From contig JABIWH010000044.1 in assembly GCA_018701215.1 (NCBI GenBank), positions 4,674 to 68,673 on the forward strand: a stretch of DNA of 64,000 bases, written 5' to 3'. Shown one piece after another: positions 1 through 10,993 of the stretch. The notes beneath the pieces were generated by a model, which was not told the DNA's origin, searched no databases, and saw nothing but the letters and a program-made list of their open reading frames with translations. Position 1 is the first letter of the stretch; each line of letters begins with the position of its first letter. Origin of the DNA: Rhodospirillaceae bacterium. GTDB taxonomy: Bacteria; Pseudomonadota; Alphaproteobacteria; GCA-2731375. The position numbers and the translations under genes are program-made.

Positions 1-272
1 ATGGCCTGCTGGCCGTAACAGATGCCCAACACGGGGATACCCATATCAAACAGGCTTTGCGGTGCCCGCGGCGTATCGCTTTGTGTGGCCGAAGACGGTC
101 CGCCGGATAGGATAACCCCGTTGGGCCGGGAGCCGGCAAGAGCCTCTTCGGCCTTGAAATAGGGTACGATTTCGCAATAAACGCCGCTTTCACGCAGGCG
201 GCGTGCGATCAGCTGCGTGACCTGGCTGCCAAAGTCGAGGATCAATATGCTTTCTGTCGAAGATTTGTTCAT
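1..272 (-). CDS. guaA: GMP synthase (glutamine-hydrolysing), N-terminal fragment; the gene runs off the window start
   Basis: Reverse translation of 272->1 gives [39 protein letters not shown]...[13 protein letters not shown], the class-I glutamine amidotransferase N-terminus of GuaA. It is open-ended, so it is absent from the ORF track. Confidence 0.85.
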   Translation of the reverse strand, partial: MNKSSTESILILDFGSQVTQLIARRLRESGVYCEIVPYFKAEEALAGSRPNGVILSGGPSSATQSDTPRAPQSLFDMGIPVLGICYGQQA

Positions 273-339
273 AGGCGCAGCTTTACGACGGCCCCAGGCC
301 CCGGCGCAAGAGCATTTCGCGGCGGCGCGGTGAAGTGCC

Positions 340-786
340 CTATTTTGGCCGGTAGGCGGCGACGGCGGCTTTCAAATCGTCATATTCCTGGCAGCCAAAG
401 AAACAGATTCGATCCAGCGCCGCCAAGTGTTCCTTGGCTTTTGCTAAATTGCCCACCGCCAGATAGGTCTCGCCCAGATACTCGTGCGCGCCCCGGTGTT
501 CCGGGTTCATTTTCAAGGCGATGGCGTAGTGTTCAAAGGCCTTGTCGTATTGTTTCAAGCCGCGATAGGCGAAGCCGAGATAATTGTAGGTATCGGCGGT
601 GGCGGTTTTCGCCGCCACATCGCGCTCGAACAGCTTGATCGCGGCGGTCCAATCCTTGTCGCTGATCGCCTTGCGCGCCGTGGGGGCCCAGGGGCTGTCC
701 GTGGTTTTATCTTCATTGCTGCCCGCGGCCGATGCCCCCCCGGACAGCAACAGCATGGCCAGCAGACAAGAAATTGCGAGTTTCAT
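340..786 (-). CDS. Secreted TPR-repeat protein
   Basis: 148-aa ORF with signal peptide [22 protein letters not shown] and TPR-like helices ([42 protein letters not shown]). Confidence 0.7.
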   Translation of the reverse strand: MKLAISCLLAMLLLSGGASAAGSNEDKTTDSPWAPTARKAISDKDWTAAIKLFERDVAAKTATADTYNYLGFAYRGLKQYDKAFEHYAIALKMNPEHRGAHEYLGETYLAVGNLAKAKEHLAALDRICFFGCQEYDDLKAAVAAYRPK

Positions 787-853
787 CGCCCGTCCCCCTG
801 ATCGTTTCCGGGATTAGGGCCCAAACATAACCGTGGGGATACTCAAGCACACA

Positions 854-2149
854 TCAAGTTTTCGCGCGCCGTTGCAGGATGGCAACAAAAAAGCCATCGG
901 TTCCGTGCTTTGCCGGCGTCAGATGCAGATAGGGGTCATCACTGGGGCAATCGGTACCCAGGGTTTCATGCCAAACGCCGCTGATAGGCAGAACTTCGAA
1001 TTCCGGCTGCTCTTTCAGGAAGTTTTCGATCTGGTCTTCGTTCTCTTCCATCAGGATCGAACAGGTGGCATAGATCAAACGTCCGCCGGGTTTGACGAGA
1101 GGCGCGGCCCGGCGCAGAATTTCGCCCTGTGTGGCGCCATATTCGGCAAGCTTCTCGGCCGTCAGGCGCCATTTGCTTTCCGGATTTCGGCGCCAGGCGC
1201 CAGAGCCGCTGCACGGCACATCCAACAGCACCCGGTCCGCCTTGCCCTCCAACGTGGCCAGGGCGGCGATGGCAGCGGCATCGGCGAGGGCATGAACCTG
1301 AATATTCCGCGCGCCGGCCCGTTGCAGGCGTCCACGCAAGGGGCGCAACCGTTGCGGCGCGCTGTCGAAGGCAAAGATCTGTCCCTTGTTGTCCATTTGT
1401 GCGGCCAGACCGAGGCTTTTGCCCCCCGCACCGGCGCAATAGTCAACCACCTGCTGGCCTGGTTGCGCCGCACACAACAGAGCCACCAGTTGTGAACCTT
1501 CATCCTGAATCTCGACCGCGCCGCTTTGATAGAGTGGATGATTGATCATGGAGCGGCGGCTTTGCAGGCGCAGGGCGGTCGGGGCCAGGGTACCTTGGGT
1601 AGTCGCGATATCATCCTCGGCCAGGGCATCGGCGGCCTTTGCGGCATCGGAGCGCAGCATGTTGACCCGCAGGTCAACCGACCCCCGGCCCTGCATGGCC
1701 GCCATTTCCGCTCCCAGGTCATCGCCGAACCAACGCGTCAAAGGTTGATGCAGCCATTCGGGGTAATTGCCCACGACCCAGGCCGGTGCCTCCTTGCTGG
1801 CGTCTTGCGACAATTGCGCCAGGGCCACCTGCTCATCAGCATCCAGGTCAGCGGGACAAAATTTGGCGGCATCGAACAGGGCCGCCACATCGTCCGCTTT
1901 TTGATCCTGATCCAACATAAGATGCGCCAGAACCAGCCGGCGGCTGTCCGTGCCGCCGGCACGCCAGGCGTATTCCCCCTGCCGGCGCAGGACATCATAG
2001 ACGGTTTCCGTGACCGAGCGGCGGTCTTTGGAACCGGCATAACGGCGGCTGCGAAAATAGTTGCCGACCAACCGGTCAGCCGGAACGGTGGCCGCGCCGA
2101 TCTGATCCAATAGTTCAATAGCCGCTTGGATGCGGGCGCCGGGAATCAT
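854..2149 (-). CDS. RsmB/NOP2/Sun-family SAM-dependent RNA (cytosine-C5) methyltransferase
   Basis: 431 aa. SAM-binding VVDYCAGAGGKS and catalytic region DRVLLDVPCSGSGAWRRNPE...LIYATCS. Starts 15 nt downstream of the guaB stop. Confidence 0.85.
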   Translation of the reverse strand: MIPGARIQAAIELLDQIGAATVPADRLVGNYFRSRRYAGSKDRRSVTETVYDVLRRQGEYAWRAGGTDSRRLVLAHLMLDQDQKADDVAALFDAAKFCPADLDADEQVALAQLSQDASKEAPAWVVGNYPEWLHQPLTRWFGDDLGAEMAAMQGRGSVDLRVNMLRSDAAKAADALAEDDIATTQGTLAPTALRLQSRRSMINHPLYQSGAVEIQDEGSQLVALLCAAQPGQQVVDYCAGAGGKSLGLAAQMDNKGQIFAFDSAPQRLRPLRGRLQRAGARNIQVHALADAAAIAALATLEGKADRVLLDVPCSGSGAWRRNPESKWRLTAEKLAEYGATQGEILRRAAPLVKPGGRLIYATCSILMEENEDQIENFLKEQPEFEVLPISGVWHETLGTDCPSDDPYLHLTPAKHGTDGFFVAILQRRAKT

Positions 2150-2164
2150 AAGGAGCTGGTCCCT

Positions 2165-3718
<1,554 letters not shown>

Positions 3719-3736
3719 TTATGTATTCCTGCCCAA

Positions 3737-4474
3737 TCATTCGCCAGCGCGATCAGCCTCCGCCTCGGCTTCCATGTCGCCGGCGACGAAGCGGTCCGGA
3801 TCATCGGCATACATGGCCGGATAATGCTTGATGAACGAGGCCTTGATATCGTCGAACGGCGTATCGGCGAAAGAGCCATGCTCGGTGATATATTCCATGT
3901 GCTGGTTGCCAGCCGCATCAAATGGGTGAAACACCGAATCGGTACGGCCGTCGAATTCCAAGGGCAGGGTGCCGAATTTCTCGCACAGGGAGAGATTGAA
4001 GGCCGGCGTCGCCTTGACCCATTTGCCTTCCAGATAGATCTCGACAAAGCCGTGATAGACAAAAAGATCAGTGCCCATCAATTCGACCATGCGCTGCGAG
4101 GCCAGATGATTGCGCACATCGGCGAAGCCGAGGCGGGCCGGAATGCCAAGGACCCGGCAAGCCGCCGCCATCAAGGCCCCCTTGGTGATGCAAAAGCCAT
4201 TGCCCCGCTCCAGTACGGAACTGCCCTTCATGCCGTGCTCGGTCATCTCCACGCCATAGGGGTCATAGCGGAAATCGTCACGCACGGTGTAGTACAGACG
4301 CACGGCCTTTTCCAGATCGGTGCCGCCCTCGCCGCCAGCTCGTTGGGCAAACTCAATCACCGCCGGATGGTCGCTGTCCACAAAGGTGGCGGGTTCAAGA
4401 TAGGCTTGGAAATTTTCGCTGCTGGCTTCACTCATAACACTGCTCTCTGCGGTTTGAACTTCCGTATAACGCAA
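3737..4474 (-). CDS. Transglutaminase-like superfamily protein
   Basis: 245 aa. Core GFCITKGALMAAACRVLGIPARLGFADVRNH with the Cys-His-Asp arrangement typical of bacterial transglutaminase-like cysteine peptidases. Confidence 0.75.
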   Translation of the reverse strand: MRYTEVQTAESSVMSEASSENFQAYLEPATFVDSDHPAVIEFAQRAGGEGGTDLEKAVRLYYTVRDDFRYDPYGVEMTEHGMKGSSVLERGNGFCITKGALMAAACRVLGIPARLGFADVRNHLASQRMVELMGTDLFVYHGFVEIYLEGKWVKATPAFNLSLCEKFGTLPLEFDGRTDSVFHPFDAAGNQHMEYITEHGSFADTPFDDIKASFIKHYPAMYADDPDRFVAGDMEAEAEADRAGE

Positions 4475-4501
4475 AAAACATCCCGCGCCTACGTTGTTAT
4501 A

Positions 4502-5224
4502 TCAAGCGTCATCGCCGCCTCGGTATCCGGTGGCCACCACGTACATTTCCGCCGAGTCCGAGCGCGAGGCCTCCGGCTTGGCATGGCGGACAACGGCAAA
4601 ATCCCGTTTCATGGCGGCCAGCAGTTCCTGCTCGGCGCCACCCTGCCAGACCTTGGCGACAAAGCCGCCGCCCGGTGAGAGCACGCTTTTGGCCAGATCC
4701 AGCGCCACCTCGGCCAGGGCAATGATGCGCAGATGATCGGTGGCCCGATGCCCCGTGGCGGGCGGCGCCATATCGCTCAAGACCAAATCCGCCGGCCCGC
4801 CCAGGGCAGCGCGGATCGCCGTTTCAGTCTCCAAATCGGTGACATCGCCGACCAGGGTTTGCGCCCCGCCCATGGCATCCATCTCGATCACGTCGACAGC
4901 CAGAACCTTGCCCCTTGGACCCAAGGCGGTAACCAGAACCTGGGTCCAGCCGCCGGGCGCTGCGCCCAGGTCAACCACCGCCAAGCCCTTTTTCAGCAAG
5001 CCGAATTTTTCGTCCAGCTGCAGCAGCTTGTATGCGGCGCGGGAGCGGTAGCCGTCCTTTTTGGCGGAGATCACATAAGGATCGTTCAGTTGCCTTTGCA
5101 GCCAGCGCGTGGACGATGTCTTGCGCCGCCGCGCCGTGCGCACGCGAACCGACAGGTTCCGCCCCGACGGCTTGGATTTACCGCCGCCACCGCCTTTACC
5201 GCCGCCGCCTGCCGGGGGTGTCAT
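4502..5224 (-). CDS. rlmE: 23S rRNA (uridine2552-2'-O)-methyltransferase RlmE/FtsJ
   Basis: WLQRQLNDPYV..AKKDGYRSRAAYKL and VVDLGAAPGGW. Has a Gly/Lys-rich N-terminal extension. ATGA start/stop overlap with upstream ppx at 5221-5224. Confidence 0.92.
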   Translation of the reverse strand: MTPPAGGGGKGGGGGKSKPSGRNLSVRVRTARRRKTSSTRWLQRQLNDPYVISAKKDGYRSRAAYKLLQLDEKFGLLKKGLAVVDLGAAPGGWTQVLVTALGPRGKVLAVDVIEMDAMGGAQTLVGDVTDLETETAIRAALGGPADLVLSDMAPPATGHRATDHLRIIALAEVALDLAKSVLSPGGGFVAKVWQGGAEQELLAAMKRDFAVVRHAKPEASRSDSAEMYVVATGYRGGDDA

Positions 5225-6303
5225 TGGCCCGCGCCACTGGCCGGCATGGCCGCCGCGCGCTGTCTGTCCCAGCGCATCAGGGACAACAGCAGGCCTTCAC
5301 GGACGCCACGGTCGGCGACGCGCAATTTCTCGCACGGCCAGGTGCGGCGGATCGCCTCCAATATGGCACAGCCCGCCACCACCAGATCGGCTCGGCCACG
5401 GCCAATACAGGGATGGGCCGCGCGTTGTTCCAGATCCATCCGGCGCAATTGTTCCGATGCCCCGCAGGCATCCGTGAAGGACAGCCACAAACCGTCCACC
5501 TGGTCGCGGTCATATCTCTCCAGCCCCAAATGCACCCCCGACAAGGTGGTAACGGTTCCCGAGGTGCCGATCATCTGCACGCCGCCGCCGCCTTGTCGGG
5601 AACGCATTTTTTCGTTGATGCCATGGGACGCTTCGAAGGCGCGGAAATCAACTTCCAGGCGCTGCACCAGATCCTCGTATTGGGCGGGGCTGAAATCACC
5701 ACTGCCATGCTGCTCGGCGATACCAACGACGCCATGGGGCAGGGAGGTCACGGCGATGGGACTGATGCCGGTTTCGGGGTCATGTTCGGCCCAAACCAAT
5801 TCCGTGCTGCCGCCGCCAATATCGAACACCAGGACATGGCTGGTTTCCCGCTCCATCAGGGGCCGGCAGCCGGCAATTGCCAGCTTGGCCTCTTCCTCGG
5901 CCGAGATGGTTTCCAGGTGCAGCCCTGCTTCCTTTTCCACGCGGGAGAGGAACTCCTCGCAATTATCCGCCTTGCGGCAGGCGGCGGTGGCGACGCAGCG
6001 GGCCCGGGTTACCCGGCGCCGGCGCATTTTGTCGGCACAAACCTTCAGTGCCGCGACGGTCCGGTCCATGGCCGCCCCCGAAAGCCGCCGGCTGCCGTCC
6101 ACGCCTTCGCCCAAACGGACGATGCGGGAAAAGGCATCCACCACACGAAAGCCTTCGTCCAAGGGCTTGGCCACCAGCAGTCGGCAGTTGTTGCTGCCCA
6201 GGTCAATTGCGGCATAGGTATGCTCGGGCGGTGCCGCCATGGCTGAACTGCCATTGCGCGCGCCATCTTGCCGACCGTTTTTCTTGCCGCCCCGTGCTGA
6301 CAT
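5221..6303 (-). CDS. ppx: Ppx/GppA-family exopolyphosphatase / guanosine pentaphosphate phosphohydrolase
   Basis: YAAIDLGSNNCRLLV, FDIGGGSTE and IGTSGTVTT ASKHA-fold motifs. An alternative start is M22 at 6240. Confidence 0.85.
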   Translation of the reverse strand: MSARGGKKNGRQDGARNGSSAMAAPPEHTYAAIDLGSNNCRLLVAKPLDEGFRVVDAFSRIVRLGEGVDGSRRLSGAAMDRTVAALKVCADKMRRRRVTRARCVATAACRKADNCEEFLSRVEKEAGLHLETISAEEEAKLAIAGCRPLMERETSHVLVFDIGGGSTELVWAEHDPETGISPIAVTSLPHGVVGIAEQHGSGDFSPAQYEDLVQRLEVDFRAFEASHGINEKMRSRQGGGGVQMIGTSGTVTTLSGVHLGLERYDRDQVDGLWLSFTDACGASEQLRRMDLEQRAAHPCIGRGRADLVVAGCAILEAIRRTWPCEKLRVADRGVREGLLLSLMRWDRQRAAAMPASGAGQ

Positions 6304-6399
6304 TGCTGCCGCCGCCTTTAACTTTTTTTAGCACTCCCTATCTATAACTTGACCTCTTGGCGGGCTCCTTGCAATAGCCTGGATGCTTAATGCCATCGG

Positions 6400-6428
6400 T
6401 TGACATCGTGACGGCTGCTAAATAGGTT
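6400..6428 (+). promoter_or_regulatory. Candidate sigma70 promoter for tRNA-Gln
   Basis: TTGACA-N17-TAGGTT about 48 nt upstream of the mature tRNA 5' end. Confidence 0.4.
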
Positions 6429-6475
6429 GCGCCCAACCAACGTACTTGGGACAATTTCGTGCCCGGCAGTCTTGG

Positions 6476-6549
6476 TGGGAACTCGTCTAATGGTAGGACA
6501 GCGGACTCTGACTCCGTAAGTCCAGGTTCGAATCCTGGGTTCCCAACCA
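6476..6549 (+). tRNA. tRNA-Gln (anticodon CUG)
   Basis: Hand-folded cloverleaf: acceptor TGGGAAC/GTTCCCA with U1-A72, anticodon loop CU-CUG-AC, T-loop TTCGAAT, encoded CCA. Confidence 0.93.
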
Positions 6550-6592
6550 CTTCCCTCCAAACCAGCACGTTGTAGATCAGCAGCCGCGTAGC

Positions 6593-7486
6593 ATGAGTTC
6601 ACGAGCAAACGAATCTGCCAACCGCCCGGTCGCCCGTTCCACCACCGGCCAGGGCATGTTGTACATGATTGCCGGTACCTTTCTGTTGACCCTGCAGGAC
6701 GGCATCACCAAATGGCTGACCGCTGATTTCCATGCCGGCGAGATCATGTTCTATCGTGGTCTGTGGATGTTTCCCGCTCTTGCCGTGCTGATCCATTTCA
6801 ACGGCGGGCCCAGGACCCTGCGTCTGCAGCAACCCGCCGGCGTCATCTGGCGCGGGGTGGCGGCCCTGGGCGCTTCTATTCTGGTCACCGTGTCGTTCAA
6901 GAACATGCCCCTGGCCGAGGCCTCGGCCGTGGTCTTTGTCAGCCCGTTGTTGCTGACCGCGGTGTCGCCATGGCTGCTCGGGGAACAGGTCGGCTGGCAG
7001 CGCTGGGGGGCGGTCGCCTTTGGCTTTATCGGCGTCCTGGTGATGGTTCAACCGGGCACCGACGCCTTTGATATGTGGGTGCTTTTTCCTTTGGCGGCCT
7101 CGGTCTTTTCCGCCGCCCGTGATGTGATGACGCGGCGTTATTGTGCCCGCGACAGTGCTTCCGCCGTGATGTTTTATACCTCGCTGGTCGCCTGTCTGGC
7201 CGGGGCGGCGACATTGCCCTTCGGCACCCATTGGCCGAGCTTGTCCCAATGGAGCCTGTTCATGGCCGGCGGCACGATTTTAAGCTTCGCCCATGTTCTG
7301 ATCGTCAAGGCGTTTCAATTGGCCCCGGGTGCGCCCGTATCGGCAATGAAGTATTTCTCCCTGGTCTGGGCCGCGATGATCGGCTTCATGGTCTGGGGCG
7401 ATGTGCCGGGACCCATGAAACTGTTGGGCGCGGCCCTTGTAGTTGCCGCCGGCATGTTCATTCTGTACCGCGAGACGAAACGTTAA
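6593..7486 (+). CDS. DMT-superfamily (EamA-type) transporter
   Basis: 297 aa with about 10 predicted TM helices in two EamA-like halves. Confidence 0.8.
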   Translation: MSSRANESANRPVARSTTGQGMLYMIAGTFLLTLQDGITKWLTADFHAGEIMFYRGLWMFPALAVLIHFNGGPRTLRLQQPAGVIWRGVAALGASILVTVSFKNMPLAEASAVVFVSPLLLTAVSPWLLGEQVGWQRWGAVAFGFIGVLVMVQPGTDAFDMWVLFPLAASVFSAARDVMTRRYCARDSASAVMFYTSLVACLAGAATLPFGTHWPSLSQWSLFMAGGTILSFAHVLIVKAFQLAPGAPVSAMKYFSLVWAAMIGFMVWGDVPGPMKLLGAALVVAAGMFILYRETKR

Positions 7487-7492
7487 GGAGTG

Positions 7493-7858
7493 CTATTCCG
7501 GCTTGGCCAGGCGGTAGCCAAGGCGGTGCATGCATCGAGAGTAGAGTTTGCCGCGAATGGCCTTTTCCTCCAACGAAATGGCCTCGCGGGTGGAGGCGGA
7601 AAGATCACGGACCCGGCCCGCGCCGGCGCGCAATTCAATCTGCGGCGCCACGCTGCCGCCGCGCTTGTCGATCTGCATTTTCGCCTGGATCGAGGCGCCC
7701 CGAAAGCAGGCCGCGGTATCCTGATCGAAAATCGCCGGGCTGCCGCCGGGTTTTTCCCACACCGCCTCGGCGGCGCAGGCCGTCAGCAGCAGCATGGCTG
7801 CCATCAGCGTGCGCCCCGGTGTGCGTCCCGGTGTGATCCCAAATGTGGTTTTGGACAT
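7493..7858 (-). CDS. Hypothetical lipoprotein
   Basis: Start at MSKTT. Lipobox LLLTAC follows a positively charged n-region. I recognise no family. Confidence 0.55.
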   Translation of the reverse strand: MSKTTFGITPGRTPGRTLMAAMLLLTACAAEAVWEKPGGSPAIFDQDTAACFRGASIQAKMQIDKRGGSVAPQIELRAGAGRVRDLSASTREAISLEEKAIRGKLYSRCMHRLGYRLAKPE

Positions 7859-8035
7859 GCGCTGTTCTCCGCCATCGACCGGCAATCCGGTGGCGCACTA
7901 TGCCATGGACCGGCGAGCCGCCGAAAGTGCTAAGGTAGAGCCAATGGCCAAATGCGCCGCCAGTGCGCAAGCCCCGTCGCCGGAACCGTAGCCGTAGCCG
8001 TAGCCGCGTGCCGTGGCACAGGAGGAGAGTTCGAG

Positions 8036-9037
8036 ATGTTTCATACTGAAATTTGTGATCTGCTGGGCATTCGCTATCCAATTTTGCAAGGTGCCATGCA
8101 AGGCGCCGGCGGCCCGCGCCTGGTCGCCGCCACTTCACAAGCCGGGGGGTTGGGTATTCTGCCCACCTTTGGCGGCACCGAAGAGGCCCTGCGCGCCGAT
8201 ATCGAGACGGCGCGCGGCCTGACAGACAAGCCCGTGGCGGTCAACATCACGCCCATGGGCAAGGCTTTTACCGAATCCCGGGCCCGCATCTGTGTCGAGA
8301 TGGAGGTGCCCATCGTTACCACCGGGCGCGCCGATCCCGGCGAAGATGCCGTCGGCACCATGAAAGACGCGGGCATCAAGGTGATCCCGGTGATCCCCTC
8401 GGTACAGCATGCCCTGCGGGTACAGGCGGAAGGCGTGGACGCGGTGATCGCCTCGGGCAGCGAGGCCGGCGGCCATGTGGGCGGGGTGGCGACCCTGGCC
8501 CTGGTGCCCCAGGTGGTGGACGCGGTGGATATCCCGGTGCTGGCGGCGGGCGGTATCGGCGATGGCCGGGGTTTTCTGGCCATGCTGGCCCTTGGCGCGG
8601 TGGGCGTGCAGTTGGGCACGGCGCTGATCGCGACGGAGGAGGCGGATGTCAGTGATTGGTACCGCAACGCCATCCTGGAGATGCAGGCCACGGATACCAT
8701 TGTCACCACCGCCCTGACCGGCGCCACGGTGCGCTGTATCGCGACGCCGGAAATCCGCGCCTATGAAGAGGCCCGCCTGTCCGGCGCGCCCAAGCAGGAG
8801 CTGCAACGCCTGCGTCAAATCACCCGGCAAAACCATGGCCACGCCGACAGGGTCGGCGGGGCCGACAGCAACGAGCGGCGGCAGGGCGCCGCCGGACAGG
8901 TGGCCGGCTTGATTACCAGGGTCCGGCCGACGGCGGAGATTATCGAACACATGATCCAGGACGCCGCCGCCTTGAGCAACGGTCTGGCGGACTTGGCGCA
9001 AGCCTCGGCGCCCGGCGCCGAGCGGGCGGCGGAATAG
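8036..9037 (+). CDS. Nitronate monooxygenase / enoyl-ACP reductase II-like FMN oxidoreductase
   Basis: MFHTEICDLLGIRYPILQGAMQG...AAGGIGDGRG. ATG at 8036 is preceded by GGAGGAG. The longest ORF starts at 7952. Confidence 0.85.
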   Translation: MFHTEICDLLGIRYPILQGAMQGAGGPRLVAATSQAGGLGILPTFGGTEEALRADIETARGLTDKPVAVNITPMGKAFTESRARICVEMEVPIVTTGRADPGEDAVGTMKDAGIKVIPVIPSVQHALRVQAEGVDAVIASGSEAGGHVGGVATLALVPQVVDAVDIPVLAAGGIGDGRGFLAMLALGAVGVQLGTALIATEEADVSDWYRNAILEMQATDTIVTTALTGATVRCIATPEIRAYEEARLSGAPKQELQRLRQITRQNHGHADRVGGADSNERRQGAAGQVAGLITRVRPTAEIIEHMIQDAAALSNGLADLAQASAPGAERAAE

Positions 9038-9182
9038 AGAGCTATATTGGCGGCTTTAGCTATTGAGTAATCGATTGCATGCTATTGTCTCGGTGGACCG
9101 CGACCTTTAAGACTGCAGCGTTTAAGACTGCGAGCTTCGAGATTGGGGTCTACAATTGGGGCGCAGGCAAACTCGGGAAGCC

Positions 9183-9929
9183 ATGAAACCGCGCATACTG
9201 CTTATCGTTCATCAGGAAACCTCTACCCCGGGCCGGATCGGCCATATGGTGGAGGAGTTCGGCTATGAGCCGGTAATCTGCCGCCATGCCTGCGGTGACC
9301 CGCTGCCCGATAATCTGGATGATTATGCCGCTTCCGTAATGTTCGGCGGTCCCATTAGCGCTAATGACGACCATCTGCCTTATATCCGTAACGAGCTGGA
9401 CTGGTTGGAAGTGCCTCTGCGCGCGGATAAGCCATTTCTGGGCATTTGCCTGGGCGCCCAGTTGCTCTCGCGTTATCTAGGCGGCACGGTGGACGGTCAC
9501 GCGGACGGCTTTCACGAAATCGGCTTTTACAAAGTTACGCCCAGCGCCGCCGGCAGCGCGCTGTTTGATGCGGAAAACTATTTCTATCAATGGCATAGCG
9601 AGGGCTTCACCTTGCCCCATGGGGCCGAGCATCTGGCCGGCAGCGAATTGTTTCCCAATCAGGCCTTCCGCATCGGCAAGACCTATGGCGTGCAATTCCA
9701 TCCCGACGTCACCGGCGAAATGCTGTACCGATGGAGCACCAAGGCGGCCCACCGCATGGTCCTGCCCGGCGCCCAGGCCCGCGACCGCCAACATGCGGGC
9801 CATGCCGCCCACAATGATCAGATCGAACGTTGGTCGCGGCGCTTTTTCGCCCAATGGCTAGCGCCAGTACAGCATCTGGTACGTAGTCAGGCCGGGGCGG
9901 AGGCTTTCGCCATGGCCGGCAGCGATTAG
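9183..9929 (+). CDS. Class-I glutamine amidotransferase (GMP-synthase-like, stand-alone)
   Basis: Nucleophile elbow GICLGAQLL and the His of QFHPD. Start chosen at MKPRILLIVHQE. Confidence 0.8.
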   Translation: MKPRILLIVHQETSTPGRIGHMVEEFGYEPVICRHACGDPLPDNLDDYAASVMFGGPISANDDHLPYIRNELDWLEVPLRADKPFLGICLGAQLLSRYLGGTVDGHADGFHEIGFYKVTPSAAGSALFDAENYFYQWHSEGFTLPHGAEHLAGSELFPNQAFRIGKTYGVQFHPDVTGEMLYRWSTKAAHRMVLPGAQARDRQHAGHAAHNDQIERWSRRFFAQWLAPVQHLVRSQAGAEAFAMAGSD

Positions 9930-9936
9930 ACCACGT

Positions 9937-10518
9937 TTAGGTTGGCAGCGGGCGCGGCCGGCTGTAGACGACCAGGGTTTCGCCGTAATAGCGGTCGGTC
10001 TCGCCAAGATGACGCAGGCCAAGTTTTTCCAGAACCCGGCGCGAGGCGGCATGTTCGGCCCGGGTAAAGGCCTGAATTTCCCGTACCGCCAGATTGGCAA
10101 AGCCCCAGTCCAGGATCGCGCCCGCCGCTTCTGTCGCCAATCCACGGCCCCAATGCGTCGGCGCCAGGGCATAAAGCAATTCCACCGCCGTGATCCGGTC
10201 GGGCAACAGACGCAGGCCGCAATAGCCAATGGCCGGCTGCTGGCTGGGCCGGTCAGATTGGCCGCTAAATTTACCGTCAGATTTACCGCCGGGGCCACGC
10301 GGCACGACGGCCAATGCGCCGCAACCGCCGTCCCGCCATTCGTCCCGGCTGGCGGCAATGAAGCTGGCGGCAAAATTCAGCGCGCCCTTGGCGTCCAGGG
10401 ATCCCAGCGACAAATGCTTTCGCACCGCCCCATCGGCAAACAACGCGGCCATGACCGCCCTGTCGCCCGCGACCAATGGACGCAGGCATAACCGGGGTGT
10501 GGTGAGCTCGATTGCCAT
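9937..10518 (-). CDS. GNAT-family N-acetyltransferase (RimJ/RimL-like)
   Basis: 193 aa. Acetyl-CoA-binding region ALAPTHWGRGLATEAAGAILDWGF. Confidence 0.8.
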   Translation of the reverse strand: MAIELTTPRLCLRPLVAGDRAVMAALFADGAVRKHLSLGSLDAKGALNFAASFIAASRDEWRDGGCGALAVVPRGPGGKSDGKFSGQSDRPSQQPAIGYCGLRLLPDRITAVELLYALAPTHWGRGLATEAAGAILDWGFANLAVREIQAFTRAEHAASRRVLEKLGLRHLGETDRYYGETLVVYSRPRPLPT

Positions 10519-10623
10519 CCTGAGAGCAGGCTACAGCAAAACGCCGGCCTTCACGATCAATTGAAAATTTTATCGCCGCCCCGGCCTTTTAATCTCGCGC
10601 CATCACCCCCATATTATGTCTAA

Positions 10624-10753
10624 TTCCGGCTTGGTGCCTGCCGAGGACCGAAGGGCGGCAGGCCGGATGATGCCCATTTTCAGGCATCGGGGCCCCGCGT
10701 GTCGCAATTAGCAATGCCCCCTCCTCTCCGGCAGCGACAGCGGGGCCCTTTTT
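10624..10753 (+). ncRNA. Candidate small RNA: three hairpins, the last a terminator with a CCCCCUCCUCUCC loop
   Basis: Orphan + strand terminator (stem 10689-10748 plus TTTTT) with no upstream + strand ORF. HP1 10636-10663, HP2 10669-10688. Possible -10 TATTAT at 10612-10617. The 5' end is a guess. Confidence 0.45.
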
Positions 10754-10993
10754 AATTTCGCGGTCAATTTGGCAGCGTCAGCATCAGCCGGTTTCAGGTC
10801 ATACAGCGTCGGCAAGACAGTTTTTGCATCTGCCGGGGCCGCTCCCGCGCCAAGGCAAAACCAGGATGGAACCAAGAATGGTTAACCCAAAGGTCACATT
10901 TTATCTGTATGGTGGGACACGTATTGGTTAATATTGTCATTAGGCGCGTATGTGGGAGCCTAAACGGCGATCAGGGGACTGAGGGGAACCAGG

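Noticed and set aside
330-817. Three + strand ORFs (102, 105 and 72 aa) overlapping the TPR protein gene
   Set aside because: They are mutually overlapping and Arg-rich. The minus-strand ORF has a clean signal peptide and TPR helices.
4733-6217. 494-aa + strand ORF (and the overlapping 5032..6246 ORF) opposite rlmE/ppx
   Set aside because: It is antisense to two genes with unmistakable family motifs. The translation is Arg/Pro/Ala-rich and low-complexity, typical of shadow ORFs in GC-rich DNA.
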